The position numbers were made by a program, and so were the translations under genes. This document shows, piece by piece, positions 45,301 to 61,325 of a DNA stretch of 64,000 bases; position 1 is the first letter of the stretch, and the number at the start of each line of letters is the position of its first letter. The notes under the pieces are model-generated. The model was given only the letters and a program-made list of their open reading frames with translations. It had not been told where the DNA came from and searched no databases. This DNA is from the human T2T-CHM13v2.0 reference genome, Homo sapiens: assembly GCF_009914755.1 (NCBI RefSeq), contig NC_060932.1. One strand, written 5' to 3'.

Positions 45301-45801
45301 ACAATGATATTTCCTCCCATACTTCTCTCTCAAGTCCTGCATATCCTTTAAAATTCAGTTCAAATTCCATCTCTTAAGACATCCCCCAAAAATGTTCTCA
45401 ATCATAAGTGAACTTCCCCAGCCACGTATACCCATAGCACATCGACTGGTTTCCTCAGCCGTCATTTACCCGCAAGATATCAGAGTGAGTTTTGTGTGTT
45501 TCCACCTTACCACAAGATTAAGTCATTGGAGAGCAGGCTCTAAATCTCTTCTTTGCCCAAGAACACAAAGGTTCAGTGTTGAATTAAGGTGAATTATCAC
45601 TTCCAACAAATCAACAACCTGATAGCTGCCTGTCTTCATTATGAGCATTTAAGTCCATCTCGCAAATGCATGGGATGCTGGTAGACATAGCAATCCCCTG
45701 CAACCTCACACATTTTCATCTTTGACAGTGAATTATGAAAATGTCAAAAATGTGGAACACACATTTCTAAACTCTAGAAACACTCCAAATTAGTATGTCC
45801 T

Positions 45802-46353
45802 TGTATTAGTCAGGGTTCTCTTAAAGGGACAGACCTAATAGGACATATATATACATATATATATATATATACACACATATGTATATATATGTATAGGGAA
45901 TATATATGTATGTATATATATACATGTATATATATATACATATATATGTGTGTGTGTATATATATATGTATAGGGAAGTTTATTAAGTATTAACTTACAT
46001 GACCACAAGGTCCCACAGTAGGCTGTCTGCAAGCTGAAGGAGCAAGGAGAGCCAGTCTGAGTCCCAAAACTGAAGAAGATGGAGTCCAATGATGAGGGCA
46101 GGAAGCATCCAGCACAGGAGAAAGATGTGGGCTGGGAGGCTAGGCCTGTCTCTCCTTTTCACGTTTTTCTGCCTGCTTTATATTCGCTGGAAGTTGATTA
46201 GATTGTGCCCACCAGATTAAGGGTGGATCCGCCTTCCCCAGCCCAGGGACTCAAATGTTAATCTCTTTTGCCAACACCCTCACAGACACAGCCAGGATGA
46301 ATACTTTGTAGCTCTCAATCCAATCAAGTTGACACACAGTATTAACCATCACA
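45802..46353 (-). mobile_element. Solo MLT2A1-like (HERVL) LTR with expanded internal microsatellite
   Basis: TGTATTAGTCAGGGTTCTC ... TATTAACCATCACA; perfect 5-bp TSD GTCCT. Confidence 0.93.
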
Positions 46354-46859
46354 GTCCTTAAAGTCTAAAACTCACTTAATGAAACACTCAAACAAATTTA
46401 AGAATTCAAGAACTGCAATCTCACATAATAACAAAGTGTATTGTCCTTGACTTTGTCCATTGATTCTGAAGAAAGGCTCTGGTCTTGTCGTCTGCTCTAG
46501 GAAGTTTATTGCCATTTCAAAACTTCATTTAAATTGAAAATAGATTAGTTCCATGTCAAAAAGCAGTGTCTACAAACTTGCTTCATGTCAACCTGTCTAA
46601 AGAGATGGAAACTTGAAAAGAGTATATTCAATTTAGAAGAGATCTTTAAGGGAATCTAATTTAGGCAATTTGCCTTTTTAACTTTATATTTATATAGAGT
46701 TAACATATATAACATATATAGTTATATAATGTTGAGCACAGAATCTTACTACCACCAGAATGCCTATTCTTCACTCCAATTCATTGAAAGAGAACATAGA
46801 TGACTTTAAAGAAACATTATTGTTTTATATTTAAATGACCACATTACATGTATAATCTG

Positions 46860-47075
46860 GTAGTAAATCCATGACTTTTTGGAATCAAATGCCCTGAGTT
46901 CCAATTTCAGTTTTTCTGCCTACTATCAGAGATACCTTGAAAAAAGTACTTGACCTCAATATGCCTCTGTCTCATCTGCAAAATGGAAATAATAATGAAA
47001 CCTACTGGATATGATTGCTGTGAGAATTAAATGAGATGATCCATGTGAAGGACCTAGAAGAGAAACTGGGACATG
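46860..47075 (+). mobile_element. MIR
   Basis: 'tgcctctgtctcatctgcaaaatggaaataataat...gtgagaattaaatgagatgat'. Confidence 0.8.
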
Positions 47076-47694
47076 GCAGAAGGGGCCAGAACTACAAGTG
47101 TCTACACTTCTCTGGGCCACATGGCACAGGCCCTACTTAGAAATCCCTGCAGGACTTTGAATGTGGTGATGCTAAACTTTGCACAGAGATTCTGCAAAAG
47201 GCCTGAATAGGGCTGCCTTACTAGTAGACATCTGTAGTGATGGAGGGGGTTTCATCTAAAACTGTATGTTCTAGTGCCTATTGGATCATTTTTATTCCTT
47301 GGGATCTTGGAGATTTCTTTCCTTGAATAATCTCTATCAACGTATGTTTCCAAAAAGTTTTCTGGAAGGAGTTAAGTCTTAACTCACTGTCTGTTCATAT
47401 CTTAATTATCAGTTCATAGCTGAACAGACATTAGTAAAAAGCCATCTGGAAGTACAAATGGCAATCAGGATAGAGTATTTCCTGAGCAAAACATGGACAG
47501 TGTGATGAGTTATACAGTAAACTGAGAATCAAAGAGATATCAAAAGAATATTGATAAGTAGTAAAGAGAGTCATTGACGAACTACCTTCTGCACATGCTG
47601 CATATCGTATAAAACAAAAGCGGTTAGAGTGGGGAGGGAGCTGTTGATCTGTACTTGCCAGAAAGATGTTGCTAAGAATTAAAGAGAAAAGTAG

Positions 47695-48042
<348 letters not shown>

Positions 48043-48137
48043 TGAAAAATGGTAAACATTTTTTATAAAGCTATTATTACATAAATCTAAAAACACTAAA
48101 AATTTTGGTTACATAGTATCTCTAAAATAACATTTCT

Positions 48138-48466
<329 letters not shown>

Positions 48467-49211
48467 TCAAATATATTTGTAAAGGTGCCCCGCCCCGCCC
48501 TGCCGTTTATATTTTTTTACATTAAGGAACCGCCAAAAATCCTTGCATGTGTGTGCTATGAATTGCCTTGTTGTGTAAGGCACTTAGAGGTCCGTAAGAA
48601 CAGCCATTTGAAATGTGATTTCATACATCAAAACAATCTATTCCCACGGAGGAAGCTATGAATATCTCTCAACATCTTTTGGCCACCCGTGAACATCTCA
48701 GCATCACCAACTATGGAAAAGGAAAGATTAGTAATACATAACACATTTTTCATACCAAATCTCACTTTTCTTTAAGTACTTTTTCTTTGCAGGGATGTAA
48801 ACTGACCCTGACAATGAATAAAAAATAAATAAATAAATAAAAGCACTAACTTCATATTTCAAAATGTCCTGTCAGCTGGTGTAAATGTCTACCTATCAAG
48901 TTAAGATCAAAAAAGTGAATGTTAGTGGGGCTAGTTAGCTATTAACAGTGTTGATTTGGTTCCGGTTTATGGATCCTGGTTTTCAAATAGGTAGTATCAC
49001 ATACTAAAGTTAACTCTGAAGGTGAAAACAAATCTCTATTCTCGGCTTTCTTCTATTATTCCCTCCTTTTTTTTTTTTAATTCTTTGTTGGACCTCCTTT
49101 ATTCTTATTCTTTCAGTCCCCCAGGTCAACCCTTGTCTGTCCCTTGGTCTGATTTCTCTGTTTAGTGTCTCCATCTCCTCTTTCTACACTCTCCTTTTAA
49201 AGTCTCTTGGC

Positions 49212-49517
<306 letters not shown>

Positions 49518-50800
49518 GATTCTCCTTTTTAAAGCCATCTTCTGCCTCTCAGATCCTGCCTTTGTCGCCAGCATCCCCCAACTCACCTTACATTCTATTA
49601 CTGCGTTCTCTCTTCACCCTGGCATTCAAGGCCTGCCAGAGTTGATCTGTTGGGGAAATGTGTATTATTTAAAGATGCTGTCTTACCCTAACCTAGTCTT
49701 GACCATCAAAAATGTATTTCAAGTGTAAGTAGAGGTGACTGATCTTGGAATTTTAGCAACTCCATGGAACAGCCTCTCAAAAACGCAAAGGAAATCAGAG
49801 CCTCATGTTTATTATATAACCAAATGCTTTTATAACATGTCCGGACTTTAAATCACTAATAAATTCTCCTTCATAGGAGTAGGACTTCATTTGCCACATT
49901 ATACTATTTAAATGGGGATTTTTAAAATCCCCAAAGGCTGAGTTTAAGAAGAGAAAACAAAAACATCTATATAAGACAGTATCATTAGAGATGAAAAGAA
50001 AAGCTGAAATAATTACAGACCAGAAGCAAAGCTGTCATGAATTACCTTGGAATTTAGCTAGATGGTGCTGCAGCCTGTGTGTGGCTAGTTGCACGGTCCA
50101 GTTGCTGAATGGAAATCAACAGGCACGCAGATGGTTCATATTTTTTTAGGGTATAGAATTCCGTTAGGAATTAAAGAGACTACCTACCACAATTAGAATT
50201 TTTTCAAAAATCTAATTCTTCTGAGAATGACATTTTGCATCTTTGAAAAAAAGGAGACACCAATGAGGATTTATTATATACATGTTTTGACCCTGAAATA
50301 GAACCATCAGTATGAACATTCAGAAGTTTCATCCTCTTGAAATTCTTTCTTTTTTAGAAGTCTTTCTCTTTCATTAATCGTATCAACATGCTCTGTGTAT
50401 TTGTCAAATTCTTCAGCTGAGATAACCGCTGTAATCACCCCAAGGATCTTAGGGATTTATAGCATTCTGCCAGAAGCTTCACCTTTGATCAAAACTGGCA
50501 GTCACCCAGCTGATTTCTCAAGAAATGTCTCCAAATTACACAATTTTAAATAGGGCCAATGCGCACACATGGTTCTACTCTGCACCACACAGTTTCACTA
50601 CACATTCGGCTACAATATGGCTAACGTTTTGTAACATGTCATTATTCAGTTTTAATTATTGATTTAATTTAATTGTTTACATCTTTTCTGGTGCTTTGAA
50701 GTTTAAAGATCGGTCACTTTCATCCGGCAGCCCGCTAAAGAGGAAATTACTCCACGCTACTCACATCTCATCTCATGCATTTTAATTTAAAAGTGAGTCA

Positions 50801-50926
<126 letters not shown>

Positions 50927-51764
50927 TTAAAAGTGAGTCACAGGTAAACTACTAACCAAAAGAAACGAAGGGATTTTAGTTGTGTGTGTGTGCATGTGTG
51001 TATATTTGGTGTGTAATTAGTAGTTCATATTTAATATTTTTAATTTTTCAGAAAAAAGTTTTTAAATTCTCTTCTATAAAACATGATGAAGATAATTATC
51101 ACTGCCTCCAATTTCTTCCTGCAGAAATTAACAAGAATGATAGAATTGCAATTTATGTTTAGTATTTAAACAACTCTACCCTATAACTAATTAATCTGTA
51201 AAATAAATACCATATGTAGCTATACACATATCCATGCTCATGCACGGAATCTGTGACTACTTCAGATTTGTCCAACAAAAAAGTAAAAGTCAAATGTGTA
51301 TCCTCTGTGCCATAGACTTTCCAAATTTGTTCTTTAGAACCCTATGGGATCCCCAGAAACACCTTGCAGAGAGTAACTAGGCTGATATAATTTCCCTTAT
51401 TCTTACTGCTAAGACCTTTACTATCTGCATAAAATACAAAAATGTAAAGACACACACACACCCCCTCTAGCTCTCTGTTCTATAATGTAAATAACTGGAA
51501 TAGATGTTTAGTCTAAAATGTCACATTTAAGTTGTTTTACCTTGCTCTTTTGGACTTTACTTTAAATGCTTCAAATAGATACCCTATAGTGAAGGAGGGA
51601 AAGACTGAAAGAAAATCTTCTTCTGATTCTTTCTTATGGAATTCTCTTACAAGCGAAGATCAAATATATGTACAATGGAAGCACCCCAGATTCCTATGCT
51701 TTACAGAACAGCTGATGAGCCAGCTGCAATCCCCCAGCTAGAGCATCCCATCCATCCATCCCTT

Positions 51765-52040
51765 AACTGACTCATTCATTTAACATTTACTGAATACCAG
51801 CTATGAGCTAGGCACTGTCCTAGGCAAGGAATTAGAAATGAATCATAAGCAGTCCTCCAAGACCTCTAGAAATCCACAGTCTAAAATGCTTAGGCAGATA
51901 CTTAAACAAATAAAGAAAATACAATGAGATGAGTGCCATGATGGAACTATGCGTAGGGTCTGAACAGGGACAAAGAAAGTTCAAGATAGCCCAGGCTTCC
52001 TGGAAGAGGCAATGCCTGACATAAACCCTATCCAGAGAGT
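51765..52040 (-). mobile_element. L2 3' end
   Basis: 'ctcattcatttaacatttactgaataccagctatgagctaggcactgtcctagg...ggcttcctggaagagg'. Confidence 0.8.
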
Positions 52041-52224
52041 AGATGCTGACCAGGTGAAAAATTCAGCCCCAATAAAATCTCCTGTACTGGTGGAAGAGTC
52101 CTGAAAAGAAAGTGCAGAGACTGTGGGAAAATAGCAGTATTAAGGGAAAATGGCTCTATAATTACATTCCACAAGTTCCATATGCTAAACTATTTCTAAA
52201 TGATAGAAGAGAAAACCACAGGCT

Positions 52225-52660
52225 TAATACAGTCTGCTTAAGCGCCAGATAAAACCCTCGATTGATTTTATAACCTTGAGCAAATAATTCTTTGAGACTT
52301 GTATTCACTTTTTAATAAAAATTAGGAAATAATTACCTTACAGGATTGTAAGAATTAAATGAGCTAATGCACGTAGCACGTTATAAATATTAGCACCCTG
52401 CCCTCGCTTGTCTACAGGCTTCTATACCTAGAATAATACCAGACATGGGATATGGAGAAAAGTCATGAAGAAAAAAGTGTTAGATATAAAGTCAGAAAAC
52501 CCAACTTGGTCTTCAACTCCACCAATTACTAAGCTCGATAACTTTGGATCAACTATGTACATTTTCTGAGCTGCATTTAATTTGATAAAGTAGAATAATA
52601 AAACCTCCTAGGCCTACCCAGACAGGGTTGTTGTAAATATTAAGTGAGATATACTTTATG
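52225..52660 (+). mobile_element. Two MIR fragments
   Basis: 'aaccttgagcaaat...ggattgtaagaattaaatgagctaatgc' and 'agggttgttgtaaatattaagtgagat'. Confidence 0.6.
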
Positions 52661-52821
52661 ATGCTAACATAAATTAAAAGCAATTCAAAATGCTTTTAAT
52701 TTCAAATTCAATAAATTTGAATGATCCAAATTCAATAAAGACTCTTTGACATTATATTTTTAGTAGATGGAATGTCAACAATGAATGTGTGGATGTGTGT
52801 ATGTCTGTGTGTTTGTGCACA

Positions 52822-52852
<31 letters not shown>

Positions 52853-52880
52853 AAGAGGTTGCTAAAAAAGTAAATATATT

Positions 52881-53169
<289 letters not shown>

Positions 53170-53177
53170 GCAAATAT

Positions 53178-53531
<354 letters not shown>

Positions 53532-54014
53532 TCAAACACAATGATTTTCAAAGTACAATGCATTATTTTAAAAAACTGTTTGTATACTCTCTAATAAAAA
53601 TCTAACAAAATGCTTTTAAAGAGAATCATTCTTAAAAACAATTTAAAAAGATAAATACAATAAAAAGGATGAAAATATCAACCCAGAATTTCACTAAAAA
53701 TAGAATATCCAAGTAAACAGCCAACCAAATTGTAAAACTTTGATCAAATTTGTTAGAAATCAAAAATGCAAGTTAAAATGAATAAAATTCTTCACCTATT
53801 AAGTTGTTAAATAAGAAAAATAATTATAATAGCAGCATTGACCATTATGGGATAAGGGAACGGGCCTTGCACATCTCCAGTAGGAAGAAGAAGTTAGTGC
53901 AGTCTTCCCAGAATGGAATTTGGGAATATGATTTATCATCCTCTAAAATGTTTTTTAATCTAAGTAATTAGGTTTTAGATTAATATGCTAAATAAAATCA
54001 TAGATCAGCAATAT

Positions 54015-54103
54015 GAGCCCTACAGTGAGTTATCATCATGCCACAGCACTCCAGCAGCCTAGGCGACAGAGCAAGACCCTGTCTGTAAAAAAAAAAAAAA
54101 AAA
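54015..54103 (+). mobile_element. 5'-truncated Alu 3' end
   Basis: 'cactccagcagcctaggcgacagagcaagaccctgtct' plus poly-A. Confidence 0.85.
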
Positions 54104-54249
54104 TCTGATTTTGAAGCATTATTTGGCATCATAGAAATGTATGGAAAATATCGCAAAGCAAAACTGTGTTTCCATTACCCCACTTTTAATATGTATATGT
54201 TTATTCCTTAGAAAAAAGACTTGAAAAGAAACAATGAAATATTAACAAT

Positions 54250-54785
54250 TTTATTAGTTATCCTATTGCTGTGTAACAAATTATCCTTAAAACTTAGCAA
54301 CATAAAACAATACCCGTTTATTTTATTACTGTTTTTGTGAGCCAAGAATCCAGGCACAGCTTAGCTGGTACCTGTGTTTCAGAGTTTCCTCACAAGGATC
54401 ATGTTATTGACCAGGGCTGAAGTCTCCTCCAAAGGCTCAACTGAGGACAAATCCACTTTCAAGCTCACGTACATGGGTGTGGTCAGGACTCATTTCCTTG
54501 AGGATTCTGAACTGAGGGTTCTTTGCTGGCTGTTGCCAGAAGCTACTCTCAGTTCCTTCCTATATAGGCCTCTTTAACGTGCAACTTGCTTTATCAAAGC
54601 CAATAAGAGAGAGTGTCACTAGCAAGACAGAAGTCACAATCTTTCATTACTTAATTGCAAAAGTCGCATCCCCTCAATGTTACCATATTCTATGGTTAGA
54701 AGCAAATTACTCAAGGGGAGGGGAGTTTATAAAACTGTGAATGCCAGGTGGAGACCACTGAAGCCCCACAGAAGCACCCACCATG
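54250..54785 (-). mobile_element. MLT1 (F-like) LTR
   Basis: 'attgctgtgtaacaaattatcc...aaggctcaactgagg...ccatattctatggttagaagcaa'. Confidence 0.8.
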
Positions 54786-54936
54786 CTAGAGGATGCCTCC
54801 TTGTCTTCCTCACATCTCCATTTTTATATATATTATAAACATATTTCATATAAAAGAAAATAATTGTTTGTAAGTAAATGTAATAAATTGGCTAATCTGT
54901 TAATAAAGCATTTACAAAACATCTAAGAAGAGTCAT

Positions 54937-55296
54937 TTATGTGGTTTGGCTGTGTACCCACCCAAATCTCAATGAATTGTAGCTCCCATAATTCCCTCAT
55001 GTTGTGGGAGAGACCTGATGGGAGACAATTGCATCATGGGGGCAGTTTCCCCCAAACTGTTCTCATGGTAGTGAATAAGTCTCATGAGATTTGATGGTTT
55101 TATAAGGGGAAACCCCTTTCACTTGGCTCTCATTCTTCTCTTGTCTGCCACCACGTGAGACCTGCCTTTCACCTTCTACCGCGATTGTGAGGCCTCCCCA
55201 GCCACGTGGAACTGTGAGTCCCTTAAACTTCTTTCTTTTGTAACTTGCTCAGTCTCAGGTATGTCTTTACCAGCAGCCTGAAAACAGACTAATACA
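54937..55296 (+). mobile_element. Solo THE1 LTR
   Basis: 'gtggtttggctgtgtacccacccaaatctc...gaaaacagactaataca'; TSD gtcat / atcat. Confidence 0.92.
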
Positions 55297-57337
55297 ATCA
55301 TAAAACTATGTATTATGATAATATCAAAGAAAATACTCTTATTTATAGGCTAGCTATCTATAGAAGCTTTAAAAATTAAAGAAGAAAGGGACGGAGGGAG
55401 ATAAAGGGGAGAAAAACAGCAATTTTATTGCCAAACACTTGGTGAATGGTTGGCTTTAAAAAATAAAAATTATGTCACGACATTAGGATATCTTTTAGCT
55501 ATTCAGCCATACAGAAACATAAAAAAGTCAAAAAATTACAAATGTCAAGTAAAAAAATTAAATATAACCTATGTAATTATTATTGCAAAGTAAGAGCTAT
55601 GTCTGTACCATTATAATTAAGCTTATAATTTTAAGCTTAATGAATAGTGATGTGGCAAAGGAATATTTTGAGACTTTGTTAACCACGTATAGTTGGACTC
55701 TCCATTGAAAAATTGGTGAAACAAACACATTTTTAAAAATAAAATAGCCTAGTTACACTTGAACAAATTAGTAAGATGCAAATAATTTTCTCACCTCAGA
55801 TACTCCCAAAATAATTTATATAACTATATATATAGTTTCCTCTCTCACAACTATTATAAGGTGAATGAAATTATACAAATTGAATAAGCTCTCCTCTTTG
55901 ACTGAAATACATCCTTATGCTGTACATAACCTCCTTGGGAAAGAAAACAGAGCTGTCTGTGAAAACAAAAGACCTGTGTTTCAGGCCAGACAGTTTATCT
56001 GATTAAGAAAGAGAAGGAGGTTTATAATCAAAAACTAATTCTCCAGCACCACACCGTAAGCTCTTCAAACAAGATTTGTGTCACTCTAGACTTCATTTAC
56101 AAAGGTGGAGAAGAGTTTTTCAGTTCCTGGTGGTATTATTGTTCTTGATTGCCCCCTTTGGGCCCAATCTTTTGCAAAATACCAGGAACAAAGAACAAGT
56201 TAAACATACAATAGAATTAACAGAATAGTATAAGCAGCTCTACCTGCAACACACATGTAATTGGAAGCAATTTTACTAAATAAATACAACTACAGGTTTG
56301 AAAACAAATGTATATACCCCTCTTAGTAAGGTTTCTCCCCAAAATATATGAAAAGCTAAATTCACCCAAACAAAATTTTAACATTAAGGAAATAAGCTGA
56401 TTGGAGATGCAATTTGCAAAAGAAAACAATCACTCCAAGAGGCGAGAGTGAAATAAAAATTATTTAGTTTGATTTTGAATACAAAGTTGACTGTTTCCAT
56501 AGTGGATGAACAGGTATCAAAGATTCATTCTAAGATCTAAAATAAAGTTTCAGTTTTCTCTCTTGGGCTTAAAAAAAATACTACAACAGAAGTCAAAAAT
56601 ACAATGCGGCTCTGTGCCTCTTACCTACTAATAATATCTTTTGCCAATCAACTTTAAAGATATTTAAGAAGTTAGAGTTCAAAGACCATAAGGAAATGAC
56701 TCCTGTATTATAACAAAGCCAAAGAATTATTTTATCTTTATCTCAGCAATAACATGCAAAGGCTTTTTCTAATGTCTAATGTTTCTCCTAACTTGCCTTT
56801 CTTCCCTTGAGTTTGCTACGGGGTGAGAATTTTTTTTTCTGTAAGCAAAATGAGATTGAATCATTATCAAAGCAGCAAGTGTAGTTCCTCAGCTTAGTCA
56901 CCATACTAACCACAGAAATTCCAAATGGTTGAACTAAGATGGGAAATTAAGTTTGCAACTGGAGTCAGGACATCAATTGTGTTTAAAGATTCAAGTTTTC
57001 CTTTATAAGTATTTATCAGTGACAGGACATGATTTATGACAAATTAAGATTTAGGTCTACAGTGTTCAAATCTTACCAAGAAGAACTTTATCAACATATA
57101 GTTAGAAAGAAAAGAGAGAAATTACAGTAAATTTTACATTAACTAACCCTCAAAATTCTTTATTCTACCACCAGGAGGCCTAATTCTAACCAGTTTCATC
57201 TCCCTACCCACTAGGCTTAGCAATATCTCTATTTCCCAAATATTTCCCAAACATCTGGACTCTGAATTCAAATATACCTAGAATTTGGATCCTGGATTTT
57301 TCATTTACTACTTGCAGGGCCATGGAACAACTTCTTG

Positions 57338-57992
57338 AAAGAAAATTTTTGCAAACTAAGCATCCGACAAAGGTCTAATATCCAGCATCTATAAGGAACT
57401 AAAAAATCTAATAGAAAAAAACATGTGGTGATTCCTCAAAGACCTAAAGAGAGAAATACCATTTGACCCTCCAATCTCACTACTGGGTATATACCCAAAG
57501 GATTATAAATTATTCTATTATAAAGACACATGCATGCATATGTTCATTACAGCACTATTCACAATAGCAAAGACATAGAATCACCTTAAATGCCCATCAA
57601 TGATAGAATGGATACAGAAAGTGTGGTATGTATACACCATGGAATACCACGCAGCCATAAAAAAGAACGAGATCATGTCCTTTGCAGAAACGCAGATGGA
57701 GCTGGAAACCATTATTCTTAGCAAACTAACGCAGAAGCAGAAAACCAAATATTGCATGTTCTCACTTATAAGTGGGAGCTAAATGGTGATAACACATGCA
57801 AACATAGAGGGGAACAACACATACTGGGGCTATTCGGAGGGTTGAGGGTGGGAGGAAGGAGGGGATCAGGAAAAACAACAAGTGGGTACTAGACTTAATG
57901 CTTGGGTGATCTATATAACAACCCCTCATGGCATAAGTTTACCTGTATAACAAACCTGCACGTGTACCCCTAAACTTAAAAGTTAAAAAAAA
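57338..57992 (+). mobile_element. Older L1PA 3' fragment with internal deletion
   Basis: Peptide MIEWIQKVWYVYTMEYHAAIKKNEIMSFA...MFSLISGS plus 3'UTR. Confidence 0.9.
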
Positions 57993-57994
57993 GT

Positions 57995-59085
57995 AAAATA
58001 AAATAACTACAGGAGTATAATTGGACTGTTGATAACACAAAGGATAAATGCTTGAGGGGATGGATGCCCCATTTATCCTGATGTGATTAGTCCACATTTC
58101 ATGCCTGTATCAAAATATCTCATATGACCAAAAAATATATACACCTACTATGTACCCATAAAATTAAAAATTAAAATCAAAACAAAATAAAAATTTAAAA
58201 GTTTACTGCTTGTATCAATTCTTCTTGTGATTTTGTTTGTTTAGCTGGTTAGTTCTTGGTTGAAGTTGGCTTTCAATTCTTGGGTGGGGATTGAGTGTGC
58301 AGAATTGGATTATCAGTGGGCGGCTGGATTATCAGTGGGCAGAACTAAAACAGGGCATGCAGAAGGGTGAAATAATTCATAAACTGATCTGATTCACAGA
58401 ATCAACAGTTTACAGCAGATATAACTCTAAGAGCAGTAGCATCTCAGAAATTACAGATTTCCATGGGTGAGGGGGTGCAGCTCTGGACCCTCACAAAACA
58501 TTAATTTGGCAGTTCTAATCAATCTTCTCTTAATTTCAAACAATAAATATATACATAATATTATATATATATATATACACACACATGCTGAAATATTATT
58601 CAGTCATAAAAACAATGAAACCCTGTCATTTGCCGCAACATGGATGGAACTGGAGGTCACTGTGTTAAGTGAAATAAGCCAGTCACAGAAATATAAATTT
58701 TGCATGTTCTCACTCATAGTTGGGAGATAAAAAAGTGGATCTCATGGAGATCAGAGTTTATCTGGTTGGATGTCAGAGGCTGGAAAGGGAAAAGGATAGA
58801 AGTGATGAAGAGAAGTTGGCTAAGGAGTACAAAAATACAGTTAGATAGAAGGAATAAGTTCTAATATTCAATAGCACAGTGGAAAAATTACAGTAAACAA
58901 TAATTTATTGTATATATCAAAATGGCTAGAAGAGAATAATTAAAATATTCCCAACACAAAGAAAATATAAATATTCGAGGTGACAGATATCCCAACTGCC
59001 CTGATTTGACTCATACATATTGTGTACAGGTATCAAAATATCACAGGTACCCTAAAAATATATACAACTATTATATATCAATAAA
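57995..59085 (+). mobile_element. Two L1MA 3' fragments (about 57995-58185 and 58585-59085)
   Basis: 'aaggataaatgcttgaggggatgga' and 'gcaacatggatggaactggagg...tacagttagatagaaggaataagttc'. Confidence 0.85.
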
Positions 59086-59399
59086 AGAGAACTTGGCAGA
59101 CAAGTGGCTTATTTAGAAAACACTAAGACTCAAATATAACTCCAGTGTATTATAATCAACAGTACTTTAGAGTCAGCCTTATATTTTAGTTTGGGTTTCC
59201 ATAAAAGCATAACCCGAGACAAGCCTTTGTTCCTGGACAGTGTATTGGAGGCTGTAAGGCCAGAGAACTGGAATTGGAGGAGATTGGAAAGAATGAAACC
59301 AGGAAAGAAGCAAATCCAATCCCAGGGTGAGGTGTTGCACTGGTTACTGCTATGGATGTCTAGGTCTCAATACCGTTGGCAAGAGGGCTGCCACATTTA

Positions 59400-59707
<308 letters not shown>

Positions 59708-59759
59708 TACCCAACACTCAGCTAAATTTGAATCTCAGATAAACAAGGAATACTTTTTA

Positions 59760-61325
<1,566 letters not shown>

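Noticed and set aside
55194-55206. PRDM9 hotspot motif in THE1 LTR
   Set aside because: Sequence is CCTCCCCAGCCAC, lacking the T at position 7 of CCNCCNTNNCCNC.
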